Assembly: GCF_006345805.1 (NCBI RefSeq)
Contig: NC_042997.1
Span: 128,216,001 to 128,280,000, forward strand
Length of the DNA stretch: 64,000 nucleotides
From: Octopus sinensis
Taxonomy: Eukaryota
Direction of reading: 5' to 3'
In this document: positions 26,992 through 41,374 of the stretch, one piece after another
Position numbering within the stretch: position 1 is the first letter of the stretch
Layout of the letters: each line of letters starts with the position of its first letter
Translations under genes and position numbers: made by a program
The notes under the pieces: generated by a model
Told to the model about the DNA's origin: nothing
Database searches by the model: none
Seen by the model: the letters and a program-made list of their open reading frames with translations, nothing else

Positions 26992-27304
26992 GCACACACA
27001 CACGCATACACATACACAAGTACAGATTCACACACATATATGCATATGACTAATTTATAGCCTACGCATACACACAGGCAATACTTACTATCCATACAGA
27101 CACATGGCACTATATACCAAACACACACGCATATGCAATGTACATGACACACAAACATACACTCTATACAACACATGCACATATAGATATATGACACCGA
27201 CATATACTTGATAATACTTTTTACCACACGTACATACATATATACAAAATACATGGCACTATATATATCACTCACACGCACATACACACACGCATACACA
27301 CACG

Positions 27305-27361
<57 letters not shown>

Positions 27362-27911
27362 TACACACCACACGCCGAGAGAGCTTCTGTGTGTGATTGC
27401 TCGATCTACTTGAAATAGCAGACAAATCTTTAAATTTTGCCCACACTGTCTTTTAAAAATGAAAGGATTCAGTGAATAATGTATAGTTCCCAGTGTCTGC
27501 AAAAAAAAACAGGATGGTCATATCTGGAATGTCTGATCATTCATAGGTCTGTTAAATCAGGGCTGATTAGGGTACCACTTATGGAACCATGCATCACAGC
27601 CACAGACACACACACACACGCACACAATACACTGCTCAAATGCACGGACACTTTATTCTACACTCACGCATAATACGATAGTTACATACACACACACATA
27701 CAGACGCAAACACTTACATCACTCACACACGCATACATTCAGACGCAGACACTTAACGTCACACATACAGAGACACTGCATCGCTCATACATACACAGAC
27801 GGCACATATACATATACACGCAGTAAGCATCCCTAGGCATCTTCTACTCAACTTCTTCCTCCTTAACGGCCATTCTGAGTATCTCTCTACACCTTGAAGT
27901 GTGTGTGTGCG

Positions 27912-27944
<33 letters not shown>

Positions 27945-28784
27945 CTCTATCTCTCTTTTTCTACCTCCCCTTCTATCTTTTTCTACCCTCTCTATTTCTA
28001 TTACTTTCTCTCTCTCAACCCTTTTTTCCCTCTATCGCTCACACTTTACTTCTCTCTTTCTTTATAATTTTCTTATCCTGTCAGCCCTCCTACCTAGCTC
28101 TCCCGCTTTCTCTGTCTCTCTTTCTCTACATGTAACTCTCTCTGTCTCCCCGTCTGTCTCTCTCTACATCTCTCTCTTTCTCTGCAGCCATATCTTGTTA
28201 TCTTCCATCTCTGAACACTTATCTTTTATTTACTTTATCTCTCATCTTCCTCTCTTCTTCTCGTCTCTTCTTCCCTTTCCTAGTCCATGTTGTCTCTCAA
28301 CCCCACCGCCATCACGACTGTACCGTTCTTTCTTTTTTGTTTCTTTCCCTCAACCCTCGAGCCAGTTCTTTCCTCTTCCTTTTTAACTTCCTTACCTCAC
28401 CACACCAACATCATCATCATCATCATCATCATCAACAACACCTCTATCACCATCAACAACAGCATCGAATGTTACATCTTCCATCTCCGCCTCCTACGAT
28501 CTCTTAATCCCCCGTCACCAACTTCACCACCACCACCACCACCATCATCATCCTAACGTCAGTGACACTCCCCCACCTTTCCTCTTCATCGCTTTCCATG
28601 TGCTGTTCAGCTCGTAAACAAAACCGATTAACCGTTTACACACCTCCCTGCCCCCCTCTCTCATAGACGCGTGTGCTCCTGCTGCTGTTGTTATTACCAT
28701 CACCTTCACCACCACCATCACCACCACCACCACCACCACCACCACACCACTAACAACCGACTCACGAAAGAACCTCTACGTGGT

Positions 28785-28985
28785 CGGTCGTTTTGCTAGA
28801 AATATCAGCCATATCTCCCTCGAATCACACCCTACCGTTTTAGAAAAAACGACGCATTGGATCATGTGATTCTGAGTTCCCTGCATGTAGGAAAAAGACG
28901 GAAGGGTTATGACTTAAACGCCTCTTTAAACATAGGAACACTCGATGGGGTGCCTGGCCTGGGGCTAAACAGCACTAACGATCAC
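28785..28985 (+). repeat. Dispersed repeat family C (core gctagaaatagcagccaaatctccctcaaatcacaccctaccgtc), class uncertain
   Basis: Related degraded copies near 3430, 9470, 15880, 21490, 27400, 29010, 29250, 29520, 58560, 58730, 59030, 60410-60880 and 62670, in both orientations. Confidence 0.6.
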
Positions 28986-30799
28986 CTACCACCCCAGCAA
29001 CACTTGTTAGAAATAGCAGTCAAATGTTGCCCTTATCGCACCCTACCGTCTTAGAAGAGATAAACCTGGTAAGTCGGATTGTGTAGTCCTAGTCTGGGAG
29101 TGAGGAAGCGGAAAACCAAGATGGGATGATCAGAGTGAGAACGTTTCCGATCATAGATTTGCTAAATCAGGTCTGACCTAGTGCTAAAGAAAAATAACAA
29201 CCACTCCAGCGCCATGTGTCAATTGATGGAGCCTTGCGGTCGCTCGCTCTGGTGGAAATAGCAGCCGAGTCTCCCTCAAATCGATCCCTAATACATACAT
29301 GTGCCCATAAGAGAGGGTGTGTGTATACCTACATATGTGTTTGTGTGTGTATGTGCGTGCGTGTGTGTATGTGCGTGCGTGTGTGTATACACATATGTAT
29401 ATTCTTAGCCCTATAAGACACGATGGTCATGGCCAGATACCTTTGATCATGGGTCTGCTCATTCAAAGTTGGCGTGGAGCTACACAACAATAGCAAGTAC
29501 ACCACCACTACTACACCACTCTGCCAGAAATATCAGCCAAATTTACTGCAGAGAACACCCTGTCGTCTTGAATAAGGGAGAAATCATTTAAAGACAGAGA
29601 GATGGAGGGGTGAGTTTTCAGAATAAACGTTTTAAGATACAATTCATTTTCAAGAATTTATCAGTAATTAAGATCTTTCAATTCATAAAAGCAAAACCAA
29701 AAGATTTATCCGCAAAAAAATATTGGACATGCTGGGGTTTTTTTTTCTGTTTTTTTTAATTTTTTTATTATATGAAACTTTATTAATCGGTTATCAGCTA
29801 GTTAATGTTTAGTCTGTCATGGCTCCTTTGGTTAATACAGACGTTTAAAGTAAATAAATAGATTGTCTAGTGTAGATAGGATGTCACGGCTGAAATCTGA
29901 AATGACTGATTACAGTTTTCTGCTCCATCGTGAGTTTACTTGGGGTTAAACAAAAGGTACCATATTACACATGCACAAATCTAGCTCCCCAATTACCACA
30001 CATCTCCATCCTCAAGCAACCATCAAACCACACCACCACCACCGAACTACCATGACACCACCACCCCTTAGTCCATCATCCTACGAATCACCACAGTAGG
30101 CAACAACCACCCAATCATCCCACTAGTAAACATAACAAGTAATATCTTACCCTATCTCCCTACAGAGACGTTATTCAGTATCAGCCCTCTTTCTCTCACA
30201 ATAATGAACCAAACCAACTAGCACAACTTATATCATCACCTGTCCCCTTTCCGCTTCAGTTTTTTCTCTTTCTTTTTTCTCCTTCCCTCTACCACTATTT
30301 TTCTGTCCCCCATCAAAACTTCATCATTGGACTGAGACATTGATGACAATAGCATCACAACATACTAACATCAGCCGTTGAGTCGGCAGTGTTACAACAG
30401 CCCGCTTTACCGCTGGCTACACTTCGGCTAAATTGATCAGCAATTCCGAATGAATATTTACCGCCTTCACACTCCTTTGTCTCTCTACATCATATATAAC
30501 ACTGCCTTGTCTTAGATGGAAGATAGAAGATGGTAGTGTTAACAACAAGGGAAGCGGGGGGTGATGTTTCAAAACTTTACTCACGACTATATGTATATAT
30601 ATGAGCATATGTTATGTGTGTATGTGTGTGTGTGTGTATGTTATATACATATAAATGTTTTACACATTCTCGTCTCACTCCCTCTCTTTACATATACATG
30701 CACACCCACATTTATATGCGTGTGTATATGTGTGTTTGTGTGTGTGTGTATGCATGTATATATGTATACATACATTCATATCTATCTGTCTGTCTGTCG

Positions 30800-30922
<123 letters not shown>

Positions 30923-30974
30923 CTATCTATCAGTCTGTCTCTCTTTCTCTTTCCCTCTCTATCTACTTATGTAT

Positions 30975-31047
<73 letters not shown>

Positions 31048-31541
31048 TTTATCCGCCTATACCTGTCTGCCTGTATGTATGCATATACTTCTGTTTTTTG
31101 TTTGTTTTTTAAAGCTAGAAAACCACAATTTCGACGAAAACTTGTCAATACATAAATGGATGTATTTATTAAAAAAAAAAAGACTTACACACCTAGTCGC
31201 GATTCCTTCCCTACAGGTTTTGACATATACTGCAGAGAAGGAAACGAGACTATAAAAATGATTGATTTTACACATACATACGTCTGTGTGTATGTGTGTT
31301 TGTGAGTGAGTGTGTGTGTTTGTGAGTGTGTGTGGTGTGTGTGTGTGTGTGTGTGTGTGTGTCTGTGTGCGCGCGTGTGTGTATATGCATACATGCACAC
31401 ATGTGAAGGTGGTGCTGGTACTCGACGATGGCATTTGTTCTGATAGCTAAAATAAACTAAAGATATATACATATACATATATATAGATATATATATATAT
31501 ATATATTATATATTATATATATATAATATATATATATATAT

Positions 31542-31577
<36 letters not shown>

Positions 31578-32174
31578 TTGGAAAACTTAGAATGTATATA
31601 TATTGTATGTATGTATCTATATATGCATAATATATATATATGCTTGTATGTATGTATGTATGTATATATACATACATACAAGCATAAATATAGATATATG
31701 CATGTATACATATATATATATAAATAAATATATATATATATATAAACATGAGTAGCATATATTTGTGTATGTACATACGTATGTCTGTCTGTACGCATGC
31801 ATCACCAGCATGCGATTGGTGTTGGAAGTGTATGGTATCAAAGCTAACGGTAGCAAGCGTACTTTGTTCTGCTAACAGTATTTCTGCAACCCCTGAACAC
31901 CACATTTCAGATTGGACCTTAGATCTGTTGTAATAAATCTGGCAAATACAAAAATCAAAAACCTATTAGACTTCAGTGTAAGGGTAAGGGCAGGAGGGGT
32001 GACGGAGGAAGATAGATCTAGGGAGAGGGTGGCGGTGCTAGGAGAGGGTGATGATGGTGCTGCACTTGTAACCGTTTTCTTGATGTGGTCTAAAAAAACA
32101 TTGATCAATACTGGTTAGTCATCTGTGATCTAACGAGACACACACACATATATGTACATGTATATGTATGTATG

Positions 32175-32227
<53 letters not shown>

Positions 32228-34119
32228 ATGTATGTATGTATGTATATATATATGTACAGACACATATACATGTATTTATACACATACACATGTATGTATA
32301 TATATGAATGTATATGTATACATGTATGTATATATGTATGTATGTGTATATATTTATATTTATATATATATATATATATACACAAATGTTCACATACATA
32401 CATTCAGACACGTGTGTGTATGTATATATGTGTGTGTGTGTATACGTATACATATATATATAGATATACAGATATACAAGTATATCATTATACACATGTA
32501 TATACATACAAATACATACATATATCACGTGTTTGCTTTTTTTTTTTTTTCACCTTTTGTTGTCTTCTGCTTGGAAATGATCCTAAAAGTTAAAATTGAG
32601 CAAATATTTTTGGCGTATTCATAAGACAGATCGCACCTCTCACTCGCAATCTCGTCTTCACATTCTGAAGATGTAGAAAACAATAAAACACCTTTATGTA
32701 ATATTGTTTTTACTCTAACAAATAGAGCTGACTACATTTAAAAGAATGGGTGAAATGGTCTAAATAAGTAGTGTGTGCCTGGTAGCTCGATATCCTGGAA
32801 ATGGTAACTATATCGCCGTCAAACCATACCCTAATGTCTTAATGAAATGACTTTTCGAAACGATGTGGTCATAGTTGGGACGTATTTTTGTTCAGTGAAG
32901 TAGAATAGCAGCACCCATGACCCTTTTGAAGTTTCTAGGGAGTAAAGTTTTTATTCCTCAAAGCGAGGAAGGTCAGGAGCGATTGCTTGCAATAGAGTAA
33001 ACTCTGCTGAAAAAGAAAAAAGGAAGAAAAAAAAATGCACTCAAGGACCAGTGGTAGTGGTGGTGGTAGTGGTGGTGATGCTAAGCCAGGCGATGAATTA
33101 GACTGTCTGCTCTCACCCGCCGAAACAGGAGCAGTTTGCACAATGGGGACCCACCTAAGTTCCATCTCCCAAACTTCACTCGCAAGGTTGTGGAATGGTA
33201 GAAGATGCTTGCCAAAGGTGCCATACAATAGGTGTGAACACGAAACCACCTGGTGGTTAGGCGAAGTTCTGAACTACATGTTTCATCGCAGGCCTACTAA
33301 ATCAAGATTAACCTGGCGCTTAACATCAGTAAACAGCTGACGGAAATCGCATGAATGCAGAATTAATAAATAAGAAAAATTATAATAGCTAAAAGAATGT
33401 GGCGCGTGATTCCTAAGAATCACATTGATGTGACGGTGCTAATATAACTAATAATGTCTCTAACATAATTACAGGGCCAGGAATTTGGGTTTAGAGGGGA
33501 ACAGCTGATTAAATGGGCGCCAGTATTTGAGACTACCAGTTTATTTTATGGGCCCCTTAAAGGATGAAAGGTAAAGTTGAACAAGATAGGATTTGAACTC
33601 AGAATGTAAACAAGAGAAAGAAATACCTCAAGACATTTTGTTCGATCCACCGCCCATCAGTTACAATCCAATATGACTTGATGGAAGAAAGACTTTCCTT
33701 TTCGTGAAACAAGCCAATGCACTATTTTTTTTTATATATTTTTTCGCGTACTGACATAGACATCCGTTCAGTATTCGTGCCATTGGCCTAGCCGAATATC
33801 ACAGGCATGACAACTGAAAGTTAATATAAAGACGGCGGGATGCATCGACCCAACGCATGGATAGAAGCAGGGTTTTATTTGAAAGCGACATTTATCCGTC
33901 TACTCACAGCATCGCCATAGGATACGTACAGCTTTATATGGATCCAACAGCGTTATTATCCGTTGGGTCATTGCACCCTGGTGAACGCTGCCGCTACGTA
34001 AATCTGTGATTGCACATTAGCCATGAAGCTGGAGTATTTTGCTGCTCAACTACGCATCTATCTAGAGATCACTATATGTAGGCGCGCTCCATAGTAGCAC
34101 ATCTATAAAAGGGGGAAAA

Positions 34120-34160
<41 letters not shown>

Positions 34161-34171
34161 TATATGTGTAT

Positions 34172-34277
<106 letters not shown>

Positions 34278-34753
34278 GGATAGCGTTTGTATATGTGTGT
34301 GTGTATAGATACTTAATGTTTGTGTTTCATTAAATGCACGACTGTGTTCAAGTTTTATCAATTATTTTAATCTTTTGTATCCGCTTACTTTTTTTTTACA
34401 GCTAGTTTGGAACAATAAAGTTTCTAAATTCATATTTGACATTTCCAGACCTTCGCTATCTCATTTTCAAGAATTGAATGTACTTGGCGTCTACGTTTTT
34501 TCTTATGTACTGAATGAATTCACAGAGACTTTCTTGCGAAAGGTTTTTTTCTTTCTTATTTCTTTTCTTTTTTTCTGACCGGTCACATGTTGATTTGCTA
34601 TGCTGTGATCAAATTTTTGACCGCTAGGTTTTCATGTCAAAAGTCACGTGTTAATTTTTTGATGTGTGTTTGCCCGTTTATTTAAGTATTGCGTTGCGTC
34701 ATGAGTATAGCTTTCTTGATTAATCTATTTTTGTAAAGAATTTTTATAGACTA

Positions 34754-35259
34754 CTAGCAGTATCGCCCGGCGTTGCTCGGGTTTGTAAGGGAAATAACTA
34801 TATAAGCATTTTTAGAGAGTTACTTCCCTTATAAATTCGGGCTTTCTTAGCCATTTTTGTTTTGGTGTCTTCAAGCCATGAAGTCGTTGTTCTAAAAGAA
34901 CGCTGGTCTCCTTCACAACGCATTACGACGTTGATTTCTTTACACTCCCTTCCCCACAGCTTCACGAGGAAGGGAAGGGGGAGAAGCAAACAGGTGCAGC
35001 TGTGAGCGTGGACGCCAACTCCGCCGCCATCGACACACGATGCATTTTATGCATTAAAATGGAATAAAAAATGATGTTAAATTATTTTTAAAATCGTAGA
35101 CTCATCGTTGATGCGCGCTAATAGTCAGACGGGCTCGATATGAATCACGACTATAAGATACCCGAATTTGGTTAAACTGCACCGCAAAATGTGGGAGGAG
35201 TTAGGAATCTAAATCGAAGGGGACAGACACTCACACAACTAGAGTTTTATATATATAGA
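34754..35259 (-). mobile_element. Non-autonomous Helitron
   Basis: Minus strand 5' A|TCTATATATATAAAA ... 3' hairpin CCCGAGCAACGCCGGG then CTAG|T; inserted at AT with no TSD. Confidence 0.85.
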
Positions 35260-35491
35260 TGTAAATATTATCTTCTTGTATTTTTCCTTGGTGGTGTGTA
35301 GTATAGTGTTTCGCATTAGTCCCTTGTTGTAAATCAACGGTTCTCAATCGGGGCCCATTTGACCCCGGGGGGGGGGGGTTCTATATAAGATTTTGGGGGA
35401 TCGACGTTAGCAAGAGAGTAAACTGGGGATCCGCAATAGTTTTCTAAGTGTCTATAAAAAGTTTTGATTTAAATGTATGAAAGAAGCCCGT

Positions 35492-35575
<84 letters not shown>

Positions 35576-35579
35576 GTCA

Positions 35580-35721
35580 GGCGGTTTAGCTTAAATGGTA
35601 AAGCATTCCAACCGGATATTGGAGGGATATGAGTTCGATCCTCATGGCTGGCTGCCGACAAATTTTTAAACGGTGGTGCATCAGCATGGCCACAGCTCTA
35701 AGCTGAAACAACAAGAAAAAA
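35580..35721 (+). mobile_element. Short tRNA-like SINE (near-intact cloverleaf plus family A-type tail)
   Basis: 35580-35652 folds with D stem GCTT/AAGC, anticodon-like stem TCCAA/TTGGA, T stem ATGAG/CTCAT and loop TTCGATC; followed by ggtggtgcatcagcatggccacagct..ctgaaacaa. Confidence 0.65.
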
Positions 35722-35733
35722 TATATATATATA

Positions 35734-36636
35734 CTACCAGTATCGCCCGGCGTTGCTCAGGTTTGTAAGGGAAATAACTATATAAGCATTTTTAGTGAGT
35801 AATAGCAAAAAATGCATTAAAAATGGAATAAAAAATTATGGTAATTTTTTTTTTTTAATCGTTGACTCATCGTAGACATTTTAGAGAGTTACTTCCCTTA
35901 TATAATAGCGAAAAATGCATTAAAATGGAATAAAAATGATGGTAAATTTTTTTGTAAATCGTAGACTCATCGTAGACGCGCGCTAATACCCAGAAGGGCT
36001 CGATATGAATCACAACTATAAGATACCCGGTTTTGGTTACACTGCACCGCAAAATGTGGGAGTAGTTAGGAATCTAAATCGTAGGAGACAGACACACAAC
36101 CTTACTTTTATATATAAAGATTTGTGCAACAACTAAAACATTCGGTTGTGCCAATTGTTTGCACAGGAAACCTGCCCTGTGTGGCGGTAATTGCCGTTTT
36201 TGTGGATCTGTTTCAGCTTTTTTAGCGATTTCTGTTTTGGCGACTTCAAGCCATGAAGTCGTTGTTCTAAAAGAACGCTGGTCTCCTTGACAACGCATTA
36301 CGACGTTGATATCCTTACACTTCCTTCCCCACAGCTTCACGAAGGAGGGGAGAAGGGGGAGAAGCAACACAGGTGCAGGTGTGAGCGTGGACGCCAACTC
36401 CGCCGCCATCGACACACGAAAAAATATGCATTAAAATGGAATAAAAAATGATGTTAAATTATTTTTAAAATCGTAGACTCATCGTAGACGCGCGCTAGTA
36501 CCCAGACGGGCTCGATATGAATCACGACTATAAGATACCCGAATTTGGTTAAACTGCACCGCAAAGTGTGGGAGTAGTTAGGAATCTAAATCGAAGGGGA
36601 CAGACACTCACACAACTACAGTTTTATATATATAGA
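35734..36636 (-). mobile_element. Composite Helitron (two 5' ends, one 3' end)
   Basis: 5' TC termini at 36636 and 36120; a single 3' hairpin with a mutated CTAG at 35734. Confidence 0.8.
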
Positions 36637-36649
36637 TATATATATATAC

Positions 36650-36850
36650 GTTTGTGTGTGTGTCCTCCAACATCGCTTGACAACCGATGCTGGTGTGTTT
36701 ACGTCCCCGTAACTTAGCGGTTCGGCAAAAGAGACAGATAGATTAAGTACTAGGCTTACAAAGAATAAGTCCTGGGGTCGATTTGCTCGACTAAAGGCGG
36801 TGCTCCAGCATGGCCGCAGTCAAAATGACTGAAGCGAATAAAAGAATAAA
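36650..36850 (+). mobile_element. SINE family A 3' half
   Basis: aacatcgcttgacaaccgatgctgg...ggcggtgctccagcatggccgcagtc. Confidence 0.8.
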
Positions 36851-37046
36851 GAATCGCAAGAAACAACTGGATTTCTCTCACTAACATTTTACATAGTTCA
36901 ATCTATACAAGTGAGTGTGTGAATAACAAAATCTTGAACGATGTATCTACAAAATTAGTTTTTAAACATCGATTGGCTATGGGGGGTCGACCAGAATAAA
37001 ATAGTAATCAAAAAGGTCCATAGGTAGAAAAATTGTTGAAAACCAC

Positions 37047-37492
37047 TGTTGTAAATGCGTGTTGAGATTACAAGAAAGTGATGTACTAACTTGTCCGGTG
37101 TACCAGCTGCAGACAGGAAATTTGTAATTTTCAATTTTACAGTCAAATTTGTATACTATATTAGTCATTAGTAGCTTGTTCTTGGGCTTACATGTTTGTA
37201 GTGGGTTTTTGGTTTTAGTATTTTTGTAGTATATTATTAGATTAAGTTTATGGTCGGGTGTGATGCATTTTGTCTTCCGTTTTACGAGGTTTTTGATTAT
37301 GAATCCGTCCGTTCGATAGTTTTTATGCATTTGAGCCATACAATAAATTTCATGTGTGATTTGTGTATTTTTATTTGGTGTATTCGCTGATGTATTTGTC
37401 GTATTTGCAGCGATATTCTTCTATAGCTTGGTCTACTGGTCTGTTAGAATATCCTTTGTTAATTAATGTTTGCTTAAGACAGGAGGATTAAC
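37047..37492 (-). mobile_element. Penelope-like retroelement ORF remnant (thumb to GIY-YIG endonuclease region)
   Basis: Frameshifted translation LKQTLINKGYSNRPVD...QMHKNYRTD..IIKNLVKR...LIIYYKN...TNIVYKFDC...C..YTGQ.STSLS..LNTHLQ resembles the PLE GIY-YIG pattern (VYKFxC...YIG.T..L..R...H). Confidence 0.75.
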
Positions 37493-38137
37493 TGTGATAT
37501 TTTGTAAAGTTGGAAAATCTGAAAGTCGATAACATCTAAGTATTTTGGAATCTGCTGGAAAGTTTAGAGAAAACTCTTTCTGCCAAGCTGAGTGTTGGTT
37601 GCTATTGATGTTTAACCCAAGGTCAACTCTGATCAAGCAAACTTAAAAGTTATTCCAGCCATGATCACGTCGCGTTTGTATTTCAGACACTATATAATTT
37701 GAATCTTATTATTCAACGTGTCCATATTCAAAGTATATAGGATATTTGATTTCAGGAAATTTAGCTGCCTTTTCTTGATTCAAAGATACTGCAAAAAAGG
37801 AATATGAACTGGAAAGGAATTGATCATAAATGGCAAAAACAAGCGAAAAACTAAACAGTATGGAGAAAGCTTATCAAGTCATGCCAAAGCATATATATAA
37901 ACACTCATAGTCGCGACTACAGACTACTGTAATAATAATAATAATAATTTCTTAAAGCCAGAACTGACCACGTACAGGTTCCTTCCTTGGCTGGCGAATG
38001 GTCCATATTCGTGATGTAGTCTTGCTAGTATGTATATGTGATATACATCCTATGGTGTATTGTAGTGTTGTATACAGTATATAGTGTATATCAGCATTGT
38101 GTCTGTGTGTGTATATATGTATGTATGTATCTATGTA

Positions 38138-38214
<77 letters not shown>

Positions 38215-38297
38215 TAAAAAAGAAAAAACAAAAGACGAAGACGGGTGTGTAAACAACAAACAGATGTATTAACTTAACGCTCGGGAGGTGAGAAAGT

Positions 38298-38333
38298 CTT
38301 TTACGTTTCGAGCCTACGCTCTTCGACAGAAAG
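38298..38333 (-). ncRNA. Degenerate minimal hammerhead motif (family 2; core A6 changed to U)
   Basis: Minus strand: CUUU-CUGUCGA-A-GAGC(GUAG)GCUC-GAAAC-GUA-AAAG. Confidence 0.6.
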
Positions 38334-38527
38334 GAACACAGAAATAAACAGGGAGAGAAAATAGAAAAAGGTTTAGTGGCTAGCGATCTATCATGGTGAA
38401 TGCCGGACAGAGGGGTCACAGAGGAGAGCTAGGAAGAAGGGGAAATAATAAAGTAGTGGTGATCCCAAAACGAAAGTGCTCATGCATATATCTGTGTGTG
38501 TGTGTATATATATATGTACATATATAT

Positions 38528-38559
<32 letters not shown>

Positions 38560-38610
38560 ACTGCGTGTGTACCGTTGGCGATTTTTTCCCTCTGTCTTCC
38601 CTTCTCCTAT

Positions 38611-38645
38611 GTTTCCGACGAAGAGCTCCGCTCGAAACGTTAGAC
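38611..38645 (+). ncRNA. Degenerate minimal hammerhead motif (family 2; core U4 changed to C)
   Basis: GUUU-CCGACGA-A-GAGC(UCC)GCUC-GAAAC-GUU-AGAC; helix I GUUU/AGAC. Confidence 0.6.
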
Positions 38646-41074
38646 CCTCCTTCTTTCCTGAGCGTCCAATAATACTATATTTGTTCAACGTCCTCGCGTT
38701 GTTGTGTTTTTTTGTGCTTTCATGTTTGGATTAATTTTATATATGTATATATATATATATACTGTATATATATATGTATGTATGTATGTATCTTGTGATG
38801 CAGGAGACCTTGTTGTATATATCTTATAGTGAAGATAATGTTTTATACTTTTGGTATTTAGTTAACCATGTTTCTGAAATCCTATAAGCAAAAGCAGACC
38901 ATCCGATCATTTTATGGGTATCTAGGACTACATTGTCCAGTGCGTCCTCCTTTACTTTTTGATGGAAATTTGACAACTATTTCTTGCAGGTCGGCCGACG
39001 TTGTAAGGAGTTTCCTAGTCGGCTTGTACATACTAGTGTGTATGACTGTTATATCCTGGCTATGATATATAGTAATGTTGTATCCTTCTTATGATGTATA
39101 GTAGTGTTATATATGTTATAGTGCAAGAATGTGTTATACCCTTACTATGGTGTATGATAGTGTTAAATCCTTGCTACATTATATGTTTATGTTGTGTAGT
39201 TACTATATTATATGACTGTTGTATACTTGCTGTGTTATATGATACAGACGTTCCCTTGTTGTATAATTGTGTTATATCCTTACTATAATATATGGCTGTA
39301 TTTTATTCATGCAGTGATGTATGATAGAGTTGTCCAAAGGCAATAGTTTATGGTTATGTTGTATCTTTGTTATGGTATATAACCCTGTTGTATCAAAGCT
39401 CGTATGGCATAAGATACCGTGATATATTTAGTGTATTGTATGGTGATATTATAGCCTTAATATGGTGTATTACTGTGTTGTATTCTGGTCGTGATGAACA
39501 GTTTTGTTATATCCTTGTTATATTGTATGGCAAATACTGTACTCTTACTTTTATATGGCCATTATTGTATCCTGAATATGGTGTATGGTAGTATTGTATT
39601 CGTTCAATAATGTATGACAATTGTTGTTTCCTGGATATAAGTACCATTATTGGCATTTCTTTTTCTTTTTCCTTTTTTGTCACTAACCATTTGTTCTGTG
39701 TGATACAAATATATCTAATCGACACAGGTGTGTGTGTATATGTGTATTTATATTCATAGATAGATAGATAGGTAGATATTAATATTGATATAGAGTTATA
39801 AAGATATATAGATTAAAAATATGAGACGAGGGGCTATATGACACATATCGCCTTCTATCGATTCATTGCCTACGACTTTCTTGTGTGTGGGTGTGTGTGT
39901 GTGTGTGTGTGTTTGTGTGTGCGCGAGCGCGTGGTGTGCGATCTGAAGCTAGTTAGATATTAAAAGCAACTGTAGGCCTGTGTGAAAATACGTTTGAGAA
40001 ACCAGTCTATGAGAATGTGTCATTAATGAGAATCTGTATAGATTATAGATTTTTGTAGCTATACACGCGCGCGCGCCCTTACACGCGCGCACTTACCGAC
40101 ATATACATACATGCACAGATAGACACATGAATGCATATATATATACATGCATACGGACATACATATACATGCACATTTACAAAACACACATGCATACGTA
40201 AATACATATATGCATGCATATATATATATACATACATAAATTCATATATACATATACACATGCATGCATACACACACGTACACATACATACATACATACT
40301 TATACGTTCGTACATACATACATATATACGTACATGCATACGTACGTACACACCACACACACACACACACATACGTACATACATACATACATACATACAT
40401 ACATACATACATACATACATTCATGTGATACCATTCCTAACAGATATTTACTTAATGTGTAATAAAACCAACTGTCTACTCCCAGCAATTATTAAATAAT
40501 TAACTTTTCAATTAAACAATTTTTTTCTTCCTCGTCCTCTCTAATTATTCCCCACTACTCCGCCATTTCTCTTGCCCATCTCCATTCCCGCCTGTCGTAA
40601 TATATCTTGACATTTATCTGAAGAAATAAACACATATTCTATGACTGGAACGACCCGAATTAATTCAGCATCACATCTTCAGTTAAAACAATTCCTGTAG
40701 ATAAAATTAGAAGAAATATTTCAGAATTGAAAAAAGAAAAAAACCGAAGATAATGGAAAAAAAAAAACCCTCTACAACATCGTGTCTTCCCGCCTAAATT
40801 AGCTCGTTTCTTGGCTTGAAACAGCTATTTTAACATTAAAAAAAACGGTTGCGGCATGAATGTCTCAACACACTGCACTCCTTATATATTACTTGAAACC
40901 TTGAGAAAATTGAAGTAAAATACAATAAAATATGCTATAGAAAGGGAAAAAATCAATAAGTTTTATTATTCTTCTATAATAATTGAATTTACATCTAGTT
41001 CGCTTTATTGGCACTATCAGGACACATGAAAATTTAACGTTTCATAAATGTTCCAGTTTTCATTTTTATCTTAT

Positions 41075-41350
41075 ATAATTTTCTTGCTTCAGTCATCGGA
41101 CTGTAGCCGTGCTGGGGTTCTGGGATTCCTCTTTGAAGGGTTTAGTCGAACAAATCGATCCCAGTACTTATTTGTTGCAGTCTGGTACTTGATCTTCAAA
41201 CTTTTTTCCCCATCTACCAGACATCTTTTTCTTTTTTAAAATAATTTTTTCCGTGGTAATTATTCTAGCGGGTGGTTTTTTCAGGAACGTAAAAAAAACA
41301 ACACCGGTTGTCAAGCGGTGGTGGTGAAACAAACAAACACACACACGTAT
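41075..41350 (-). mobile_element. SINE family A 3' half (inverted, diverged)
   Basis: cttcagtcatcggactgtagccgtgctgggg...acaccggttgtcaagcggtgg. Confidence 0.6.
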
Positions 41351-41374
41351 ATATAAGCATAATATATATTTCTT

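Larger units (their letters stand above)
38255..38740. mobile_element. Divergent inverted pair of related probable PLE pLTR remnants
   Basis: Both halves share acgtttcgagc...gctcttcg and flanking purine-rich sequence in opposite orientation; each carries a degenerate hammerhead. Confidence 0.55.

Noticed and set aside
31800-32118. Unique island with overlapping short ORFs on both strands
   Set aside because: No motif, no convincing splice pair, and no phase-1 continuation of the 23963 exon identified.
33035-33340. 101-aa ORF MHSRTSGSGGG...
   Set aside because: Built from a GGT run and degraded SINE A sequence (agaagatgcttgccaaaggtgccatac).
35580-35652. Functional tRNA gene
   Set aside because: Mismatched acceptor stem, C at position 33, no nearby oligo-T terminator before the SINE-type tail.
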